Positions 8,086-12,718 of a stretch of 12,718 bases of DNA are shown one piece after another. The position numbers and the translations under genes were made by a program. This stretch comes from Nanobdellota archaeon (lineage in GTDB: Archaea; Aenigmatarchaeota; Aenigmatarchaeia; QMZP01), in the NCBI GenBank assembly GCA_043814765.1, contig JBDRJQ010000030.1, positions 1 to 12,718 on the forward strand, read 5' to 3'. The notes beneath the pieces are model-generated. The model did no database searches. It worked only from the letters and a program-made list of their open reading frames with translations, and was not told where the DNA came from. How positions within the stretch are numbered: position 1 is the first letter of the stretch; each line of letters starts with the position of its first letter.

Positions 8086-8104
8086 TACAATTTTAACATT
8101 TGGT

Positions 8105-8127
8105 GGCGACCTAAAGTCGCCTTTTTT
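8105..8127 (+). terminator. Intrinsic-type terminator hairpin
   Basis: GGCGAC-ctaaa-GTCGCC followed by TTTTTT, between convergent genes. Confidence 0.75.
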
Positions 8128-8137
8128 CTTTCACTTG

Positions 8138-8449
8138 TCAACTTAAAGAGGTTTTATTTTTTCTAATTTTATGATACAGACCAGCAATTCCACATGAAAC
8201 TAGATACCAAATTAAAATATCTAATATGAGAATTGAAATATTAAAATATGATGGAGTTTGTTGTCCATGAAGTAAGGGTGGGCCACCACCATATCCGTAA
8301 AATGCAATAGGAAATCCATAATTTGTACCTAGATCACAACACGTGGCAAAGAATAAACTCATATTATTAAGTACAGATGTTACTAAAAATAATATCAAGA
8401 ATAAAACAATCTTTGCAATCGTTGGTTTGAAAAAATTCTTCCAACCCAT
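8138..8449 (-). CDS. Small two-TM membrane protein
   Basis: 103 aa: MGWKNFFKPTIAKIVLFLILF, a loop with CC and YGFP, a second TM ISILILDILIWYLVSC, and a basic tail. Confidence 0.8.
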   Translation of the reverse strand: MGWKNFFKPTIAKIVLFLILFLVTSVLNNMSLFFATCCDLGTNYGFPIAFYGYGGGPPLLHGQQTPSYFNISILILDILIWYLVSCGIAGLYHKIRKNKTSLS

Positions 8450-8500
8450 ATTTATTGTTAAATCAAAGGTTTATTACTTAATATATATCAACTTAAAGAG
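8138..8500. repeat. 13-bp perfect direct repeat TCAACTTAAAGAG flanking the 8138-8449 gene
   Basis: Copies at 8138-8150 and 8488-8500. Confidence 0.75.
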
Positions 8501-8502
8501 TT

Positions 8503-8814
8503 CTAAACAGTACATTCATTCTCAACACATTTAGGTGTTGCAAAACAGGTTGGATCATCTGATATTATCATAGGACACATCGTTCCTAAACAGTCGACAT
8601 ACCTTGAATCTATGTGCTCTTTCTCATAGTTTTTGTTAATACTTGTGGCCTTTCCACCAGAACTACACGTGCAGCAACCATCAGGAACAGATATACAATC
8701 ACTGTCTAAAGTGCATGCCTTAAAATCAACTTGATTGAATGTAACACAACCGCTAACAATTATTATTACAAAAATTGTTGAAATCAAAATTCCGGACCTC
8801 AAACCACCTTTCAT
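8503..8814 (-). CDS. Small Cys-rich exported or lipoprotein-like protein
   Basis: 103 aa. Hydrophobic signal ending VSGC, then CTLDSDC..DGCCTC..SIN..C...CP...C...PKCVENEC (10 Cys after the SGC cysteine). Confidence 0.85.
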   Translation of the reverse strand: MKGGLRSGILISTIFVIIIVSGCVTFNQVDFKACTLDSDCISVPDGCCTCSSGGKATSINKNYEKEHIDSRYVDCLGTMCPMIISDDPTCFATPKCVENECTV

Positions 8815-8890
8815 AATTTATACTAGAATTGTATTTTAATAAATATAATTCCTGCGAAGAATGTGGTATTTCTATATAACCACACACAAG

Positions 8891-8905
8891 AGAAAGCTTT
8901 TTATG
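8891..8905 (+). promoter_or_regulatory. BRE/TATA promoter of the 8927 gene
   Basis: AGAAAGC-TTTTTATG ends 21 nt before the ATG; no SD, so probably leaderless. Confidence 0.6.
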
Positions 8906-8926
8906 CCCTTAGTATAAAAATTTAAC

Positions 8927-9730
8927 ATGAAAACATTAGCAATAGTATCTGTATTGATTATAGTGGCAATTGTCGCAATAGTAGGTATAGGATTCCAAGG
9001 CATGTTCATAACTTCAAATAACGATCTTCTTTGTAATGAGCCCTATATCCAAGTTGGTAGTGACTGTTGTATAGATGATAATGATAATTCTATTTGTGAT
9101 GACGATGATTTAACAATAAGACAAAACAGTTTTCAAGAAGAATTTATAAAATCATGCGAACAAAATACAGAGCATGTTCCTATCGAACAGATCATAGGTA
9201 TTATAGAAGAATATTTAACAAACACTCCTGATCTTGAGGGATCTGAAATAAATATCAAAAATGTTAAAGAACAGAGTGGTCTTTACAGAATTGTAATGGA
9301 TATAGATGGTAGAGAATTCACTTCTTTTGTAACCTTTGATGGTAAATTACTTTTTCCAACTGGATTAGATTTAACTAAAGAAACTGACGTTCCGACACAA
9401 ACAGAACCAAGCTGTTTAAATGCTAACACATTCATTCAGGGCGGTATCTGGACACCATTGAGCGATGAACAAGGAAGACTTAAATTGGTTGTTTACAATA
9501 ATGGTGCACTTCCATTAGAATTCTTGGTTATACTTACATATGAAGATGGAACAAAACATCCAGATTCGTTAATAGAAACTTATGATGATACATTCAGCTT
9601 AGAAGCTGGTGAGATAAAAACATTCATGTTAACAAGGATATGGAACGATTTGCAAGAAGTTACAATCCAATCACAGGAATGCGTGGAAGTACAGGATATG
9701 TTACAAAGAGAACATATAGTTGGAATTTAA
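8927..9730 (+). CDS. Membrane-anchored modular surface protein (Cys/Asp motif, DsbC-N-like segment, beta-rich C-terminal domain)
   Basis: 267 aa. N-terminal TM; CNEPYIQVGSDCCIDDNDNSICDDDD; VKEQSGLYRIVMDIDG..SFVTFDGKLLFP; C-terminal LKLVVYNNG..LEAGEIKTF..VTIQSQEC. Confidence 0.8.
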   Translation: MKTLAIVSVLIIVAIVAIVGIGFQGMFITSNNDLLCNEPYIQVGSDCCIDDNDNSICDDDDLTIRQNSFQEEFIKSCEQNTEHVPIEQIIGIIEEYLTNTPDLEGSEINIKNVKEQSGLYRIVMDIDGREFTSFVTFDGKLLFPTGLDLTKETDVPTQTEPSCLNANTFIQGGIWTPLSDEQGRLKLVVYNNGALPLEFLVILTYEDGTKHPDSLIETYDDTFSLEAGEIKTFMLTRIWNDLQEVTIQSQECVEVQDMLQREHIVGI

Positions 9731-9763
9731 GTTCACTTTCTCTATTCCAATAAGGATTTTTAT

Positions 9764-9778
9764 AAAAGGCTTTTTAAT
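9764..9778 (+). promoter_or_regulatory. BRE/TATA promoter of the 9799 gene
   Basis: AAAAGGC-TTTTTAAT ends 20 nt before the ATG. Confidence 0.6.
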
Positions 9779-9798
9779 AAACAATGTAAGATTTATAG

Positions 9799-10701
9799 AT
9801 GAAGAAAGCGATTCCGCTATTATTAATGATCGGTTTTGTTATTTTTGTTTCTGGATGTACTAATGTTAGTGAAATAAATGGCCCTTTTCTAAGAACAACG
9901 GCTGAAGAGATTCTTGAATCTCCAGAGGATTACGCGACTAAACAGGTGATCATCAGTTCAAAAATATACGGTCCGCTAGAATTTGAATCAAGAAAATATG
10001 ATATCGAAACCGATTTCTTGGCTTGGAAGAAATCTTATGTCGGTTTTAGAATTTTTGAAAACGTTTTCTCTGTTGGAGAAAGCTCTAAATTATTGGGATA
10101 TGATTATAATAAATATTGGAAACATGATAAAAAAAACATATTAGGAGTCACTAATTGGTTTGATGGAAAATTCTACGATGATATATATTTTGATATATAC
10201 GGTATTATAGAACTTGAAACTAAATGCAACTGTCAATATGAGGAACATTATAATATTGATAAACAAGGCTATCAAATGTGGCTTTCTGAACTGGACATGT
10301 TAAAGATAGATTGTGAATTTTATGACAGCGAATCGTTAGAAAGAATGGAACTGTACAAGAAACAGGGTTCCGAATCTGGTTATCATGGTTATGCCAATAT
10401 AATTGATCCTGGATATCCAATAGAAGATTATTTTTTCGATGAAAATGGAAATCTTAAAAACGAAGATGCAAGAATAGTTGAATCTGAAGGAATAAAATAT
10501 TTCTTTCCAACATATTCGTGCAAAGCGGAATCTGAAACAACTTTTCCTGTTATGAAGTTTGTAGATGCGAAAATATCGTATAGCTCAACAGATTATTGGA
10601 ATTTGGATCAAATTGAATGTTTTGATAAAGGTTTCTTAGATAATCTGGGTCGTAGAGAGAAAACTCCTTGTAAAGACATAGATTATGAAATTGTAGAATG
10701 A
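9799..10701 (+). CDS. Exported lipoprotein-like protein, possible OB-fold-like N-terminal domain
   Basis: 300 aa. Signal MKKAIPLLLMIGFVIFVSGC. TAEEILESPEDYATKQVII resembles the opening of extracytoplasmic OB-fold domains. Acidic, Tyr-rich body with several Cys. Confidence 0.8.
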   Translation: MKKAIPLLLMIGFVIFVSGCTNVSEINGPFLRTTAEEILESPEDYATKQVIISSKIYGPLEFESRKYDIETDFLAWKKSYVGFRIFENVFSVGESSKLLGYDYNKYWKHDKKNILGVTNWFDGKFYDDIYFDIYGIIELETKCNCQYEEHYNIDKQGYQMWLSELDMLKIDCEFYDSESLERMELYKKQGSESGYHGYANIIDPGYPIEDYFFDENGNLKNEDARIVESEGIKYFFPTYSCKAESETTFPVMKFVDAKISYSSTDYWNLDQIECFDKGFLDNLGRREKTPCKDIDYEIVE

Positions 10702-10836
10702 TCACTTTTTCCTAGCCCTATCCCAATAAGGACTCTTGCATTTAGGGCATACTCTAGGATCTTCTTTCTTATTTCTCGGCACCCACTTATGCCCGCAGCG
10801 TTCACATTTGAAGCCGGAAAGCGTAATTTTACCCAT
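10702..10836 (-). CDS. 44-aa zinc-ribbon microprotein
   Basis: Manual translation: MGKITLSGFKCERCGHKWVPRNKKEDPRVCPKCKSPYWDRARKK*. Two CxxC knuckles; TATA box upstream. Below the ORF track cutoff. Confidence 0.9.
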   Translation of the reverse strand: MGKITLSGFKCERCGHKWVPRNKKEDPRVCPKCKSPYWDRARKK

Positions 10837-10837
10837 A

Positions 10838-10895
10838 TACTAATAGTAATATACCAATAAGTATTTAAAGCTTCTTTACCAATAGTATATTACTA
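10838..10895 (-). promoter_or_regulatory. TATA promoter of the Zn-ribbon gene, flanked by repeated operator-like motifs
   Basis: Minus-strand GAAGC-TTTAAATA (box 10869-10862). TACYAATA(A)GTA at 10838-10848, 10852-10863 and 10877-10887. 11-bp inverted repeat TAGTAATATAC (10844-10854) / GTATATTACTA (10885-10895). Confidence 0.6.
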
Positions 10896-10913
10896 GTGGG
10901 TAAGTTGATTAAT

Positions 10914-11039
10914 ATGTGCTATCTCTTCGGTTATGAGAACTCGATTTATTGTCTTTTGATAGCGTTCGCTTTGTGGGGTGGGATTTATCTGTGGATTTGT
11001 TGGCCGAGAAGGAATAAAGAATTAAAGGACAGAAAGTAA
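10914..11039 (+). CDS. Putative 41-aa single-TM peptide
   Basis: MCYLFGYENSIYCLLIAFALWGGIYLWICWPRRNKELKDRK*. One hydrophobic helix followed by a basic tail; fills the gap before the LAGLIDADG gene. Confidence 0.45.
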   Translation: MCYLFGYENSIYCLLIAFALWGGIYLWICWPRRNKELKDRK

Positions 11040-11048
11040 GATTTTAAT

Positions 11049-12308
11049 ATGAAGTTGATGTATATGGATACAAGAAAACGAAAAAACCAAGAAAGACAAA
11101 ATATGGTTCTCCTCATAAACAATCCAAAATTTGCATATTTTATGGGATTTTTTGCAGCGGATGGTAGTTATTATAAAGATGGTCGTTGTGGTAGATTTGA
11201 ATTTAGTGATGGAAGTTCTGTTAAAAACGAAATTAAATATTCTAAGAAATTTCTAGGCGACATTAAAATGATTATCGAAGAATTATTAGATATAGATACT
11301 CCTAACTTGAGGAGGAGAAAAAATAGATATGTCTTACAGTTTAGAAATAAGAACCTAGAAATAATATTCAGGGAATGTTTTGGTATTAAAACCGGACCTA
11401 AAGGTCTATCATTTAAAATCCCATCAATCTATGTGGATAACGAATTAGAAAGGTTCTTCTGGTTAGGTGTTATGGATGGGGATGGAATGGTAGCCAGATA
11501 TAGTAGAAAGATAGCTTTAGCCATGATCAATAAAAAACTAGTTTTCGCATTTAAACGATTTCTTAAAAAGAATGGTATAATTGTTAGACTATCTGTAACG
11601 AAAAGGAGTAACTACAGTAACATGTATTATTCTGATAACGATGTGTTTACACTCACTATTAATGCTCCATTCTTTAAACGATATTCCGAATTGTTGGGAT
11701 TTTATCATCCAAGAAAAAAACTATGGCTAGAAAAACATCTACAAAATAAGAACGTATATTTGGATAATATAGTAGAAATACCAGAACAGTACACAATCAA
11801 TAAAATTATCAATTACAAGAAACTGTTTGATTCTGGTAGAGTGTATATAGTTAATGGTAAGGCGTTGCTTAGAAAATACGAACTTAAACATAAAGGCAGA
11901 AAGAATGTGCAATTTTATAAAATTTTTAATTTGCTCGAAAATAAAGGATTTTCTGATAAAAAAATTTTTAAGATATTGTCAAATTGTAAATGGAAAATGA
12001 GTAAGGGATCTATGAATTCTGTTAAATTACCATCACGTTTTGATAGAGATATAATTAAAATCGCTGAATTTGTGAGATTGAGAGAAGGTAGCGTTGGTTT
12101 ATCAAGATTGTTTATTCAATCCTCTGGTGAAAAACCTGAAAAAATAATAAAGCTTTTAGAAAACAGGTTCGATATTAAAGCAAAATATACATCAAGAAAG
12201 GAACCTATATTCTGTAGTGGGGTTCTTAACTTATTTTTCACAAAAATTATAAAAAGAAATACAATAGAATATAAAATACCTGAATGGCATGAGGAATTAA
12301 AATGTTAA
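11049..12308 (+). CDS. Free-standing LAGLIDADG homing-endonuclease-like protein with a C-terminal extension
   Basis: Motif 1 [12 protein letters not shown] (11130-11165) and motif 2 [11 protein letters not shown] (11454-11486), followed by FxHPRK. Very Lys/Arg rich. Start uncertain (11049, 11064 or 11103). Confidence 0.88.
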   Translation: MKLMYMDTRKRKNQERQNMVLLINNPKFAYFMGFFAADGSYYKDGRCGRFEFSDGSSVKNEIKYSKKFLGDIKMIIEELLDIDTPNLRRRKNRYVLQFRNKNLEIIFRECFGIKTGPKGLSFKIPSIYVDNELERFFWLGVMDGDGMVARYSRKIALAMINKKLVFAFKRFLKKNGIIVRLSVTKRSNYSNMYYSDNDVFTLTINAPFFKRYSELLGFYHPRKKLWLEKHLQNKNVYLDNIVEIPEQYTINKIINYKKLFDSGRVYIVNGKALLRKYELKHKGRKNVQFYKIFNLLENKGFSDKKIFKILSNCKWKMSKGSMNSVKLPSRFDRDIIKIAEFVRLREGSVGLSRLFIQSSGEKPEKIIKLLENRFDIKAKYTSRKEPIFCSGVLNLFFTKIIKRNTIEYKIPEWHEELKC

Positions 12309-12718
12309 ATTATAAAGAACTGGGGTTGAAATGTGGCTTGGAAATACACCAACAATTAAGCAGCCATAAACTTTTTTGTAATTGTGATTCGCAGATGTTG
12401 CAACAACCCAAAGATGAAATCTTTAGAAAACAGCGTGCAGTTGCTGGTGAACTAGGCGATGTCGATGCAGCTGCTCTGCACGAAGTTTTGAAAAACAAGG
12501 AATTCCACTACAAAATTTATCCTGAAGAGAGCTGCCTTGTTGAGGCAGATGAAGAACCAATACACGACATGAACAGAGATGCTCTTGAAATCGGCTTGAA
12601 GATCGCACTCATGCTTAATTGTGAAATACCTGAAGAAATTCACGTAATGCGCAAGCAGGTTATTGATGGCTCAAACACTAGCGGATTTCAGCGCACTGCT
12701 ATAATTGGTCTCAATGGA
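12302..12718 (+). CDS. gatE: Glutamyl-tRNA(Gln) amidotransferase subunit E, 5' portion running off the right edge
   Basis: Manual translation from ATG 12302: [28 protein letters not shown]...[13 protein letters not shown]...[12 protein letters not shown]...[22 protein letters not shown], all GatE signature motifs. Not in the ORF track. Confidence 0.97.
   Translation, partial: MLNYKELGLKCGLEIHQQLSSHKLFCNCDSQMLQQPKDEIFRKQRAVAGELGDVDAAALHEVLKNKEFHYKIYPEESCLVEADEEPIHDMNRDALEIGLKIALMLNCEIPEEIHVMRKQVIDGSNTSGFQRTAIIGLNG

Larger units (their letters stand above)
9733..10732. repeat. Imperfect direct repeat TCACTTT..CTATYCCAATAAGGA flanking the 9799-10701 gene
   Basis: TCACTTT-ct-CTATTCCAATAAGGA (9733-9756) and TCACTTT-ttcctagcc-CTATCCCAATAAGGA (10702-10732); the core is 14/15 identical. 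Confidence 0.65.

Noticed and set aside
8343..8534. 63-aa + strand ORF
   Set aside because: Antisense across two better-supported minus-strand genes.
8850..8884. Intergenic TGC GAA GAA TGT GGT (CEECG) and TGTGGT/ACCACA inverted repeat, considered as a Zn-finger pseudogene or operator
   Set aside because: Too short, with an in-frame stop soon after and no second knuckle; cannot be distinguished from chance.
10220..10420. 66-aa minus-strand ORF
   Set aside because: Antisense within the 9799-10701 gene.
11049..12308. LAGLIDADG ORF as part of an intein or archaeal/group I intron
   Set aside because: No N-terminal C/S splice block or C-terminal HN motif; gatE begins intact with its own ATG; no rRNA or tRNA exon sequence flanks it.
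12310..12643. Three minus-strand ORFs (12310-12498, 12423-12608, 12452-12643)
   Set aside because: Antisense shadows of gatE, which the ORF track missed because it runs off the window.
1..12718. CRISPR array, tRNA or rRNA genes, IS element, classical integron attC array
   Set aside because: No regularly spaced repeats, cloverleaf, transposase or integrase seen. The two direct-repeat pairs differ from each other and lack attC structure.

Overview
Archaeal chromosomal DNA, probably from a DPANN-type lineage (inference from GatDE, leaderless TATA-box genes and the style of the small surface proteins). The window is bracketed by the two subunits of the archaeal Glu-tRNA(Gln) amidotransferase: gatD (107-1471) and the 5' part of gatE (12302-end, missing from the ORF track). 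About 10.8 kb of accessory DNA lies between them. It holds a HEAT-repeat protein; an Lrp/AsnC regulator divergent from a translationally coupled operon (multi-TM protein, tandem-vWA lipoprotein, LemA-family protein), with GAACA-N2-TGTTC operator-like palindromes and a hairpin-rich leader in between; two more SD-led genes; four small exported or membrane protein genes, two of them bounded by short direct repeats derived from gene 3' ends; an unannotated 44-aa zinc-ribbon gene; a possible 41-aa membrane peptide; and a free-standing LAGLIDADG protein overlapping the gatE start. The 5' end of an FmdE-family gene is at the left edge. No rRNA, tRNA, CRISPR array, transposase or integrase was recognised. 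All family calls are by-eye motif recognition, not database searches.
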